From Macrostomum lignano (Eukaryota), in the NCBI GenBank assembly GCA_002269645.1, contig NIVC01003343.1, positions 1 through 64,000 on the forward strand: 64,000 bases of DNA, written 5' to 3'. Both the position numbers and the translations under genes were made by a program. Positions within the stretch are counted from its first letter, which is position 1. Every line of letters starts with the position of its first letter. Positions 1-11,417 of the stretch are shown here, piece after piece. The notes below the pieces were generated by a model. The model had not been told where the DNA came from and made no database searches. It saw only the letters and a program-made list of their open reading frames with translations.

Positions 1-48
1 GATTAAATTAATCTCATACATACTATATATTTCTAACAATCACTCCAG

Positions 49-1251
49 AGTCTACACTCAGAACATTGACGGCCTGGAGAGACTGGCCGGCATCCCCCCG
101 GAGAAGCTGGTGGAAGCTCACGGCACCTTTGCCACCGCCACCTGCACTCACTGCTGCCGTCAGCTCCCTGCCGTGTACGTTAGACCGATGATACTGCAAG
201 GTCAGGTGCCCATCTGCAGCAAGCTGCGCGGCAAGGCGTCTGCCCAGGCGTTCTCAAACCCGACATTGTATTCTTTGGCGAAGATTTACCAACCAGGTTC
301 TGGCACTATTTGAGAGATTTTGCCCACTGCGATTTGTTGATTGTGCTGGGGACCAGTTTGCAGGTGAGTGCATCTAAGGCATTGCTATTGCAACTGACCC
401 TTATTGCCTAATTGCCTAATTATCTTAATGATATCCCCCTAATTACCCTCTCTCCTAATAACATTTTCCCCTAATTGCACTTTCCTTAATTACCCCTAAT
501 TAACATCCGCCCTAATTACCCTTTAATTACCTCTAATTAACCCCCCTAATTACCCTCCTCCCTAATTACCTCTGCCCAAATTACTCACCCTCATAATTTA
601 ATTGCCCTCTTCCCTAATTACCCCCCTTAATTGCCTCACCCTAATTATCTACCCTCAGGTGGAGCATTCGCAGGCATAGTAGACTCAACTCGCCTAACGG
701 TGCCCCGCCATATAATAAACCGGGACGCAGTCGGCCCATTCCGCGGCGCCAAGCCTCGCCGACCAAACGATCTAGCGGCTACTGGTGATCTTGTTGAACG
801 AGTGCTTGAGTTGGCTAATCTGGCTGGCTGGTCAGATGAACTCGTGACCTTGTCTGATCGGATTAATCTTGATATTGACGCCTGTCCCGATCCGTTCGAG
901 TCTAATAATAATAATAGTAATAATAGTCCGACTCCCGCTCAGACTCGTCCGCAGCATCATCTGCCACCGCTGCCTCATGCCAAGCAGCAACCGTCAGCGA
1001 AGCCGGCAACTGAATCAACAACTTCGGTTGCCAATAGCAACAACAATGCCAGACGAGCTTTAGAAGCTGGTAATAATAAATCTGTCATAGCTGCCGCTGT
1101 TCGAGTGAAACCCGGCATACCATTGGTTCAACGGCACAAGCGTTCACAGAGTCAGCAAAGAAGACAGCCGCCTCGCCAACTGTCGACTTCCAGCAGCAGC
1201 AGTAGTTCGTGCAGTAGTCCAGATTCCGATTCGACATCTTCGGGCGATTGA
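49..1251 (+). CDS. SIRT3: NAD-dependent deacetylase, SIRT3-like (3' part; exons 49-363 and 659-1251; 5' exons lie outside the window)
   Basis: Exon 49-363 reads [35 protein letters not shown]...[12 protein letters not shown]...[11 protein letters not shown] then GT at 364; AG at 657-658 then VE(P)FAG...[14 protein letters not shown]. These are class I sirtuin motifs, closer to SIRT3 than SIRT2 as I recall them. Needs two single-base corrections (about 235 and 665). Confidence 0.85.
375..655. repeat. Degenerate intronic repeat rich in CCCTAATTA units
   Basis: More than a dozen CTAAT-containing units fill sirtuin intron 364-658. Confidence 0.75.
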
Positions 1252-1956
1252 ATTTTTTTTAATTGAAGTGCGATTTTTTTAATATCGGGAATTATTTAGC
1301 TAGTTAGATGCTGATCGCACTACTTATCTATCAGTAGTTAGTAGTATTTAAGTGGCAAAATATTTCATTCAAGTTAAATTTGTTAGATAGCTTCCTAGAT
1401 TTACTACTTAATGCCGAATTTTGAGTATAGTAGTTAAAGAGTATTGTAACAAGCAAATAATTTTAAAGAACACAACAACACTGGTAAATGAAAAATCCTG
1501 TTTAAGATTTAAAATTTAATATCGTTGCCTTTAAATAGTAAATAATAACTTCTTTTGTTTGCTCCTTCTTCCATTTATGCATTTTTCGTGCGCACGTTTT
1601 TCTAAATTTATACTACTGTTGAATAAGTGTACAGTAGTATAAAAAGAATTCAATTTTAGTAGACGTTTGCCTATCTTAAAATAAGATTTAACAATTAACA
1701 CTTGAGAAATTATATATAGAGCTTCGTGTTGAACTTTCATTCACCCATCTGACCAAAATTGGTCATATTTGAGTAAGATAACACTGATATTGACAATCTG
1801 ACTGTTTTCTTCAGTTTAAACTTGTGTGTCTAACGCGTGCTTTTCACAAAATATTTATGTTTATTTAATAGATACTAGAATAACTAGCTAGATATGTTAC
1901 TCGCAAGGGTGCTACTCGTTTATCTTCTCTTTTAGTAACGCAATTTGCCCTTCTTT

Positions 1957-2222
1957 CCTTACTGCTCTCTCATTGGCTGAGCTAAATTGGGCCTGTCCCC
2001 TAAGCTGAGTTTCGTCCGTCTGACTTTGACCCTCTCTCCTTACTGCTCTCTCATTGGCTGAGCTAAATTGGGCCTGTCCCCTAGGCTGAGTTTCGTCCGT
2101 CTGACTTTGACCCTCTCTCCTTACTGCTCTCTCATTGGCTGAGCTAAATTGGGCCTGTCCCCTAGGCTGAGTTTTGTCCGTCTGACTTTGACCCTCTCTC
2201 CTTACTGCTCTCTCATTGGCTA
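1957..2222. repeat. 81-bp minisatellite, about 3.3 copies
   Basis: Unit starting CCTTACTGCTCTCTCATTGGCTGAGC recurs at 1957, 2038, 2119 and 2200; it explains the 27-aa repeat in ORF 1912..2271. Confidence 0.95.
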
Positions 2223-2640
2223 GGCCAGATTGGTCGCTCAGCATTGTTACAACTTTAATTGCGAATGACATATCTAAAGTTCGTCTAGTATGTGATATTT
2301 ATTTTTAACAAAATGATTTCTAATCAGAGCACGGTTGTTATTTATTAAATTTATAGTCACATGGATTAGTAAATAATTAATAAACGAATGGTTCGACTCT
2401 CTCTCGGCCTGTTTTTCGACTTTTATTTTCTTTGTTGAACTGCATTCGCAGTTCTTGTTTTGTGTAGAATTTTACATTTATTTTTTATATATAAAATCTA
2501 CTTGAAATGCATGTACAAGTACACGGAAATCCTTCCTGGCAGAGCCTTACTTACTTTCTTTGTCCTATCTATAAGGACCAGTTATTTTTTCTGGCGATTA
2601 CCAGAAATGTACATACCCAAAGAACATCATCTACATATTT

Positions 2641-2825
2641 GAGAGATACCCAATCAGACATCCACTCTTACTGGATAGATAGATACCCAATCAGACACAC
2701 CACTCTTATCAGATAGATACCCAATCAGACACCAACTCTTATCAGAGAGATACCCAATCAGACACCAACTATTATCAGATAGATACCCAATCAGACACCC
2801 ATAGCCATCAGAAAGATACCCAATT
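2641..2825. repeat. About 33-bp degenerate minisatellite, 6 copies
   Basis: AGATACCCAAT core (CCC at 2649, 2686, 2720, 2753, 2786, 2819). Confidence 0.85.
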
Positions 2826-2936
2826 ATAAAAAACCAAATAAAAGTCTCACAATAGTTTTGTCAATCGGATTCATGCCAATATCAGCCAATAAAAATTCCG
2901 CCACTGCTGTTCCGGTGCTGCCAGCTTCTCATCGCG

Positions 2937-4988
2937 ATGAACCTCCTACAGATGGTCACATCGCAACAGTCGGAGAAGCTCGAACGTTTAGCTAAGAAAA
3001 GTCCGCCAGTTTGCGTTGCTTCTCGACTGCGTCAGCTGTTGTTGGAGCTTCGTCTCCGACGACGCCGTCAGCTAACGGCGGTCAGCAATGCGCGGCGGAA
3101 TTCAGCGACCCAGATTTGCGAAACCGGCTGACGCCAGTGCAGTACGAGGTCACTCAGCTGAGGGGAACAGAGAAGTAAGTATAAGTGGTTTTGATTGGCT
3201 GGTATGATTCTGATTGGTTAGAAGCTCATATCAGTGATTCTGATTGGCTGCGACCTCATTGAAGAGATTTTGATTGGCTCACACCTCAATACAGAGATTA
3301 TGTTCGGCTGGGATCTCAATACAGAGATTCTAATTGGCTGAGATATCAATAGAGAGATTCTAATTGGTTGCGGCCTCATTGCAGAGATTTTGATTGGCTC
3401 AGACCTCAATACAGAGATTCTGATTGGCTGAGATCTCAATACAGAGATTTTGATTGGCTGAGATCTCAAAAAGGTGATTTTGATTGGTTGAGACCTCAAT
3501 ACAGAGATTCTGATTGGCTGAGGTCTCAATAGAGTAATTCTGATTGGCTGGGATGTCAATAGAGCAGTTCTGATTGGCTGGGATCTCAGTGGAGCAATTC
3601 TGATTGGCTGGGATCTCAGTGGAGCAATTCTGATTGGCTGGGATCTCAGTGGAGCAATTCTGATTGGCTGGGATCTCAGTGGAGCAATTCTGGTTGGCTG
3701 GGATGTCAGTGGAGCAATTCTGATTGGCTGGTATGTCAATAGAGCAATTCTGATTGGCTCGAAAAGACCTGTAATTATGTAGTAGTTTCGAACTGACGGA
3801 GTTTGATTTCAGTGGTCTAAAATTCCGATTCACCCTAATATTATAATATTTGTTTCAAATCCCCGTTTCTACCCCGCGTTGCTAGGCGCTTCTCCGGTCA
3901 GTATCTGCGCGAAAAATCACCCGGCGTTTACGAGTGCGTTGTCTGCGGCACTGAACTGTTCTCCTCCGGGCACAAATTCGACTCCGGCTGCGGCTGGCCA
4001 GCCTTCTATGACGTCATGCACGATGGCCGCATCGCCATGGTTAAGGACACCTCGCATGGTTGGTTCTAAATGTGCTTCATGCGTGCAATTTAACATCCAT
4101 CTCACTCCACATCCACTCGACCACTCCACATCCACCCACTCTCCACATCCACCACTCCACATCCACCCCATTCCACATCCACCTCACTCCACATCTACCA
4201 CATTCCACATCCACCCTATTCGACATCCACCCCACTTCACATCCACCCCACTCCACATCCACCCCACTCCACATCCACCCCACTCCACATCCACTCCAAT
4301 CCACATCCACTTCACTCCATATCCACCCCACTCCACATCCACCCCACTCCACATCCACTCCAATCCACATCCACTTCACTCCATATCCACCCCACTCTAC
4401 ATCCACCCCACTTTACATCTACCACATTCCACATCCACTCCATTCCACATCCACCCCATTTGACATCCACCTCACTCCACATCCTCTCCATTCCACATTC
4501 ACTCCACATCCACCTCACTCCACATCCTCTCCATTCCACATTCACTCCACATCCACCTCACTCCACATCCACCTCACTCCACATCCACCTCACTCCACAT
4601 CCACCTCACTCCACATCTACCTCACTCCACATCCACCTCACTCCACATCCACCTCACTCCACATCCACCTCACTCCTCACTCCACATCCACCTCACTCCA
4701 CATCCACCTCACTCCACATCCACCTCACTCCACATCCACCTCACTCCACATCCACCTCACTCCACATCCACCTCACTCCACATCCACCCACCAACATCCA
4801 ACAGGCATGATGCGCTACGAGGTTCGCTGCGCCAAATGCGGCGCCCACCTCGGTCACGTGTTCGACGACGGGCCAGGCCGACGCGGTCTGCGCTATTGCG
4901 TCAACTCGGCTGCGTTAAATTTTTCCCAACAACTCCGACTGAGGCTCAGGTGGACGAGCAGTCGAAAGCGGAACGTCAGGATCTGTAA
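2937..4988 (+). CDS. msrB: Methionine-R-sulfoxide reductase B (MsrB2/B3-like); exons about 2937-3174, 3886-4058, 4805-4988
   Basis: Spliced frame gives [19 protein letters not shown]|RFSGQY...[28 protein letters not shown]...DTSH|[38 protein letters not shown], with both Zn CxxC motifs and catalytic RYCxNS. GT-AG junctions are phase-compatible. The start and stop positions are uncertain (single-base indels; the uncorrected frame stops at 5004). Confidence 0.9.
3196..3760. repeat. 30-bp minisatellite in MsrB intron 1, about 18 copies
   Basis: Unit CTGATTGGCTGGGATCTCAGTGGAGCAATT and variants. Confidence 0.95.
4095..4800. repeat. C/A-rich repeat (CCACATCCACCTCACT-like, about 16 bp) filling MsrB intron 2
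   Basis: Direct reading; source of the PHPPHSTST-type ORFs. Confidence 0.95.
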
Positions 4989-5189
4989 TGCTTGGAACTT
5001 TTAATATATAATTGCCGTAGTGCGTTTGTAATTGACAAGCGGTGTTTTCCTGTTGTTTTATTACCCTGCTCTCTACCTGATTATAATTTTGCATCGTGTT
5101 TGTCAGCGCTAATTAATATCACACGCTTTCATGGATCACCAAATCTGCTGATATCTGGACTGTGAACTGGACCCACGAACCCTCCTCCA

Positions 5190-5990
5190 ACTGTGCGTCT
5201 CTCTCCCCCTAAACACCCACCCCACCCCTTTAACTGTTCGCCTCTCTGCCCCTGTACACCCACCACATCCCCTTTAACTGTTCGCCTCTCTGCCCTGTAC
5301 ACCCACCACACCCCTTTAACTGTTCGCCTCTCTGCCCCTGTACACCCACCACACCCCCTTTAACTGTTCGCCTCTCTGCCCCTGTACACCCACCACACCC
5401 CCTTTAACTGTTCGCCTCTCTGCCCCTGTACACCCACCACACCCCCTTTAACTGTTCGCCTCTCTGCCCCTGTACACCCACCCCACCCCTTTAACTGTTC
5501 GCCTCTGCCCCTGTACACCCACCACACCCCCTTTAACTGTTCGCCTCTGCCCCTGTACACCCACCACACCCCCTTTAACTGTTCGCCTCTCTGCCCCTGT
5601 ACACCCACCACACCCCCTTTAACTGTTCGCCTCTCTGCCCCTGTACACCCACCACATCCCCTTTAACTGTTCGCCTCTCTGCCCCTGTACACCCACCCCA
5701 CCCCTTTAACTGTTCGCCTCTCTGCCCCTGTACACCCACCACACCCCCTTTAACTGTTCGCCTCTCTGCCCCTGAACACCCACCCCACCCCTTTAACTGT
5801 TCGCCTCTCTGCCCCTGTACACCCACCACACCCCTTTAACTGTTCGCCTCTCTGCCCCTGTACACCCACCCCACCCCTTTAACTGTTCGCCTCTCTGCCC
5901 CTGTACACCCACCACCCCCTTTAACTGTTCGCCTCTCTGCCCCTGAACACCCACCCACCCTCCTCCAACTGTGCATCTCTCTCCCTTCAT
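5190..5990. repeat. 43-44-bp minisatellite, about 17 copies
   Basis: Unit CCCCTTTAACTGTTCGCCTCTCTGCCCCTGTACACCCACCACA, no unique spacers. Confidence 0.95.
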
Positions 5991-6859
5991 ACCCAACCAC
6001 CCTCCTCCGACTTTCAATAATTATTCATAACAGCTGATAATCAGTGTTTTTCTCTTTACTTTTTGTTGTACTGTTTGACATTATCACTATATTTCTATAT
6101 TTATTAACTTTTTGCCCCGCGTTCTTTAATCGTTTTTTACATAGAATTCTACAATCTGCGATATCAGAAATAAAATGTTTATATAATTTTTATTTCTCTT
6201 TCCTATTTTGTTGTTGTCGCTTTTTCCCTCAGATAATTTTAATACGCTTTCTTCATTTCAGTAGTATCTATAGATTTTTTGTTATTAGTATAAAATATGT
6301 AAATTCTCATTGAGTTGTGCTTTTGATTTTTACATGTAATACCCCAAAAAATGAATACTTTACGTTGAGTTTAGACTAGCAATCCTTTAGTGTTAAAATA
6401 CCGGAAAGTATTAATATTGAATTTCAATTAGAAGTTATATCAATATTTAATTCTTGATGTTCGCATCATTTTATAAACTATTGTAAATTGTAAGCACCAA
6501 GTTTATAACGCGTTATGTTTATTCTGCATGTGCGTAATATACTACTAGCTTGTACTAATAATGATGCTATATAAACCAGTATTTATTTAAGGAAGTTTAA
6601 AAATTTATTTAAAATCACCTCTCAGTGCCTGTTGGTTTCTGTGCGTTGAATAATTTAACCAAACTTATTGTTTAAGTGAAACTGTTTAATTTTTTCTAAT
6701 AATCACTCACTCACTTTCATCTTTTTCGCTTTTTTGAACCAATAAAATTACAGCCTGATACTTGATGCTTGTTTGTTTCTCCGCTGCGCTGACTATTCAA
6801 ATTATTAAAGAAAGTTTTTTGTCTTCTTCTGGTTCTTCTTTTTTAATCTCCATTATCAA

Positions 6860-7490
6860 AATCGCCCCAATAATCTTCACTCTCAAAATCGCCCCCAAGA
6901 ATCTCCATTCTCAAAATCGCCCCAATAATCTTCACTCTCAAAATCGCCCCAAGAATCTCCATTCTCAAAATCGCCCCAATAATCTTCACTCTCAAAATCC
7001 CCCCAAGAATCTCCATTCTCGAAATCGCCCCAATAATCTTCACTCTCAAAATCGCCCCCAATAATCTCCACTCTCAAAATCGCCCCAATAATCTCCACTC
7101 TCAAAATCGCCCGCAAGAATCTCCATTCTCAAAATCGCCCCAATAATCTTCACTCTCAAAATCGCCCCCAAGAATCTCCATTCTCGAAATCGCCCCAATA
7201 ATCTTCACTCTCACAATCGCCCCCAAGAATCTCAGACCTCAAAAATCGCTTAAGAATCTAGGACCTCAAAAATCGCTCAAGAATCTCCACGCTAAAAATC
7301 GCCTAAGAATATCCATCCTCAAAATCGCCCCAAGAATCTCAAGCCTTAAAAATCGACCCCAAGAATCTCCACCGTCAATATCACCCCCAAGAATGTCCAC
7401 CGTCAAAATCTCCCTCAAAAACCTCCACCGTCAAAATCGCTCCCAAGAATCTCCACCGTCAAAATCGCCCCCAAGAATCTCCATCCTCAA
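6860..7490. repeat. 27-bp minisatellite with two alternating variants (54-bp dimer), degenerating towards the right
   Basis: TCTCAAAATCGCCCCAATAATCTTCAC alternating with TCTCAAAATCGCCCCAAGAATCTCCAT. Confidence 0.92.
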
Positions 7491-7961
7491 AAAGTCGTTA
7501 ATAAGTCTTTAAGACCCCATTGGCGGTACTGTTACAGAATGCAAGCGAGCAGAGTATCAGATCGTGGTAAATGACTTATGTAATGCAGCAAATTTTGAGT
7601 AGCAATCCCATCCTCGTCGCCACTGTAACAAAGTCTGTGTGGCTTGCAGAGAGGAAAATCATAGAGCCGGCCAAGCCTAGCTCTCTCAATAAATACCAGT
7701 TTATTTTCCAGCCTGACTAGGCTGACCAATCAGCCGCTACCTCTGTCGTGTTCGCGCTCCTGAGTACGCAACTGTGCGAGTACAATTCGAGAGAGAGAGA
7801 GAGAGACAGCCCCCATCCCCCACTCTGCACAGAAAGCTAAACGCAGTCACCACAATATTAGCCTTCAAAAATGTTCTGTTATATTATCTCTTCGATCTAA
7901 AAGCAAAGGTAGTTCAACAGTTCAACAGAGTTTCAGTATCATCTCCATCTGTACGTCAATC

Positions 7962-9062
7962 TTATTGTCGCATGATGTCAAACAGCAGTTGCAGTTGGGC
8001 CGAAGTGAGACTGGCATTGGCCAGTGCGAAACCGGACACTGTTCCCATCAGTGAGCTGGTATATCCGATGTGTGTACGGCCGAGACTCAGGCAGTACCTG
8101 TTTGGCTCAACTATAAGTCCCACCGGTGAAATGGACAATATGTCAGTCAGAACCGTCTGATCCACCGAGATGTTCACCTGACTTCCGGGAATGGACGCAG
8201 TCAGAGCGATGTTGTGCCAAACAGACGAGTTATTCGACAGAGGAGAATTAAGCGTATTGATTTGAGCATTAGGCCTGCTGCCTAGCAACGAGTTGTAGGT
8301 CAGCTGCCTTGATGAAGGACTCTCCCAGAGCAGGCCTGTTCGTATAGACAGCATATTGCAGTCCATGGTTTCAACCAGGGCTTGAACTCCCGGCTTCCGT
8401 TTAAGTCTCAGCAGCCAGGAGAAGCCTTGAAGCAGACTGCTGGCATAGCCCCGACTGTTGGTTAGCAGCAGTTCGGAATTCACTCCATCGAATTTCGCTC
8501 CTTCTTTGCCCAGCTGGACTCCACCAGTGATAGTCAACCTGTTGACATTGTCAGCCTGTTGACAGATCAAGTTCTCCATTCCGGATTTTCTACTGGAGAA
8601 CAGCCAAAAGCCTATCAGAGAGCTGCCAATAGCTGCGATATCTTTCACTTGTTTCGCCGATATTGGCCATCGTACAAAAGCTAGACAATCGCCCTTAGCA
8701 ACTGTGGAACCGGCTATTGGTGTTAGAAATTGCCGACAGACCGACTGATAGGCGAACAGGCTGCACACCCTGGTGAGAGAGTTGAACTGGGCCACTGCTG
8801 GCATCTGGGCCGGATGCTCAGTCGCTTCTCCGACTCTTAGCCAAGCTGTAGCTTCAGCCAGGCAATCCAGGATACTCGAGCTGCGACCGATCGAACTTGT
8901 TAGAATGTCATCAGCGTTATCTGGAGCCAGGCACTGGCTGCCAGTGTCGGCTCGAAGCCAATTCTGCTGATTGTTGCCGATGAGTGAAGAACTGCTTGTT
9001 TCCAGTTGTCCGAACGAGATTATTAGCAGGGCTAACAATTGCCAACAAGCATTGGTCGCCAT
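7962..9062 (-). CDS. Secreted 366-aa protein: signal peptide, PAN/apple-like Cys module, LamG/concanavalin-A-like domain; single exon
   Basis: Hydrophobic N-terminus (WQLLALLIISFG); SSILDCLAEA...FNSLTRVCSLF resembles PAN; GAKFDGVNSEL, WHNIALT and GTVSGFALANASLTSAQLQLLF match the LamG_3 pattern. Long stop-free ORF with coding-like composition. Confidence 0.7.
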   Translation of the reverse strand: MATNACWQLLALLIISFGQLETSSSSLIGNNQQNWLRADTGSQCLAPDNADDILTSSIGRSSSILDCLAEATAWLRVGEATEHPAQMPAVAQFNSLTRVCSLFAYQSVCRQFLTPIAGSTVAKGDCLAFVRWPISAKQVKDIAAIGSSLIGFWLFSSRKSGMENLICQQADNVNRLTITGGVQLGKEGAKFDGVNSELLLTNSRGYASSLLQGFSWLLRLKRKPGVQALVETMDCNMLSIRTGLLWESPSSRQLTYNSLLGSRPNAQINTLNSPLSNNSSVWHNIALTASIPGSQVNISVDQTVLTDILSISPVGLIVEPNRYCLSLGRTHIGYTSSLMGTVSGFALANASLTSAQLQLLFDIMRQ

Positions 9063-9233
9063 CCTGTGGTTTGTGGAATTGGAGTTAGAGATCTATATCA
9101 AGCTAGGTTCGTCGATTCGGTTGCTAATATCATCAACTCAGTTTTTGCTTTCTGGTGCCCACCGCTTAACTGCCAAACTATAATTCTTGTTAAGGTGTCA
9201 CGTGACTTACTTTTAGTCTCCGTTTAAGATTAA

Positions 9234-9482
9234 GGGGTTGCAGCCTAGTGGTCAGAGCGTCGGACTCACGACTCGAAGGTCGGGGGTTCGATTCCCGACC
9301 CACTCGGAACAATTTATTTCCTTGAGCAAAACACTTAACTCTGCATTGCTTCAGTTCACCCAGCTGTAAAATGGGTGCCAGCATTAGCTGGGGTAATTGA
9401 GGGTGGGTATGATGACACCCCCAGTCGTTGGACTGAACAGTCGTACGCGTACGCAGCCTTCAGATGCACCGCGCAATAGCCC
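9234..9482 (+). mobile_element. tRNA-derived SINE with CORE-like segment, copy 1
   Basis: A-box-like TAGTGGTCAGAGCG, B-box GGTTCGATTCC, then CCTTGAGCAAAACACTTAACTCTGCATTGCTTCAGTTCACCCAGCTGTAAAATGGG; three further copies in the window. Confidence 0.85.
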
Positions 9483-11417
9483 ATTAATACGCTCGTAGGG
9501 CAGGTGTACGCTCTTAATCAATGGCTTTTATTATTATCAAGATTTACCAAGTTTACTCTCTCTGCTTTTTACGTACACAGTGTACTTGGGATTTGAAATC
9601 CTTCAACTTATTCTGGGCTTTTCGTTGAAGCTTGAAAAGAACAGTGTTAATTACTTGTAGAAATGAACGAAAGGCTCAGATAAGAAGACTGCTTACCAAC
9701 TTAAACACTTGGGAGTCAAATCCGTCGCAATGAACTGAATGGCACCTGGTTTATCGGCTGAGACATTGGACTAAGAATTTTCCCAAAACGTCGATAATTT
9801 TATAGACGGGGAAGAAAAAAATACGAAAATGAGTTCCGGAAAAAAACATTAGTGACAAAGGATTGCAGGCCCACAAAGCTGAATTAATCTCATTGTCTGA
9901 TTGTTTGCTAACGGTTGGCAATCGGTAATTAAATTAAACCTCTTTCGTGCTGGCGTGAACATACGAGTAATGCTCCCAAAAGTTCCCATGGCTTTGGGGC
10001 TGAAAAATCCAGCAATTTTTTTAGTCCCAAAACTGTTCAGCTATGCAAACGTCATATTTTTTGTTTAAATCGACTTTTAATTTATTGTTTCTGTCGTTAT
10101 CACGAAATCAACTATAAATTAAACAAAAAAGACGTTTCCGATTTCTACAGGAAAAATTCAATCAAAACGGGGGAAATTAGAGAATTGGCGGACACAAATA
10201 AAATTAACTGAATCGAGGCACATTGTGTAGAAAATAAATCTTATTAATTTGGCAATCTATAATTACAAAAATATGTCATCAATTATTCAGGCTCATACTC
10301 TTGGAATAAAAACTTGGCTGTACATATGGCTCGAATTATCGATAGAAAGATAACAGAAATAGTCAATCAGATTGCTAGAACAATTGCTAGTAAAACAGAA
10401 GAGAAGCACAGGTTTATGTCATGGTACATGTGCCCATAGTTGCACTGGGAGGTTAAAAATTATTAACACAGCGCGAAAGAAAGTGCACTGAACTTGCGTT
10501 ACTTTTCAATATATCTATTGTTCTAATGATCCCAATAAGATCATTTTGCACAACTTTATAGCGGCAACTCTCTTCTTCATATTAACTTTAACATCGTTAA
10601 AAACAGACAATGGAAACAAAAGTTGTGAACAAAAATATGGCAGGATTTCGACCATAGACTTCAGTAAGTCAACAGAATCTTAGCCGCATTGTGCCCTGTC
10701 CTCCGAAAGGTGTAAATCACACTCCTCTGAGCAACAATTGAATGCTCACCCATAATTTTTGGCGCAGCAAAAGGAGGAAAAAAAGCTATCAAGCTGACGT
10801 CCACAGGGAAATATTCTGCTGCTTTAAAAGTTTTATGTTTCTCCAATTTTTTCCATGTCTCTTTATCACAACAGCTTAATAAAGAACTCTGAGTGCATTC
10901 AATCAAAAGTACTTTCGCTACTTTCCGCTAGAGTGTTGACTTACTGTAAACTATGGCCGAGTTCGTGCTAGATTTTTGCTCGTAACTTTTGTTTCCATTG
11001 TTAAGGCAATGTCATTCAAGCAATGACCGGTCATTGTTTGAAATTGATAATAAATTAAAGCCAGGGATATCATTTTAGAAAACGAACGAGTCTATGAGCG
11101 TGAAATAAAATAGTCTATGGTCGCCACAAGTGTCAATTTGGCCACTATTATGTTTTCTCACATGATTAATTGGATCATCAGAATGAGAGTTTTAATGAAA
11201 GATAACACTACTTTTGGGACAGCCCTCGTACATGTAGCTTGAGATTGCCCACAAAGCTTCGCTTCTTATTGTCAAACTACAATTACTGTATAAATCTTCT
11301 TACGAGCGTTTTCTACGTAAGGAAGCTCAGAATGTCGTTGAACACCGTAGCGGGCATTCTGCATGAATCAGACAAAGCTGTACAGTTAAACAAATTGATC
11401 AGCTCACAGCGGCAAAC

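Noticed and set aside
3886-4988. Selenoprotein MsrB1
   Set aside because: The catalytic residue is Cys (RYCVNS), there is no in-frame TGA, and the length and motifs fit MsrB2/3.
3218-7116. Repetitive ORFs ([32 protein letters not shown])
   Set aside because: All coincide with minisatellites; only the last part of 4060..5004 is real (MsrB exon 3).
9234-9310. tRNA gene
   Set aside because: A and B boxes are present, but there is no proper acceptor stem and it continues into a shared SINE body found in four copies.
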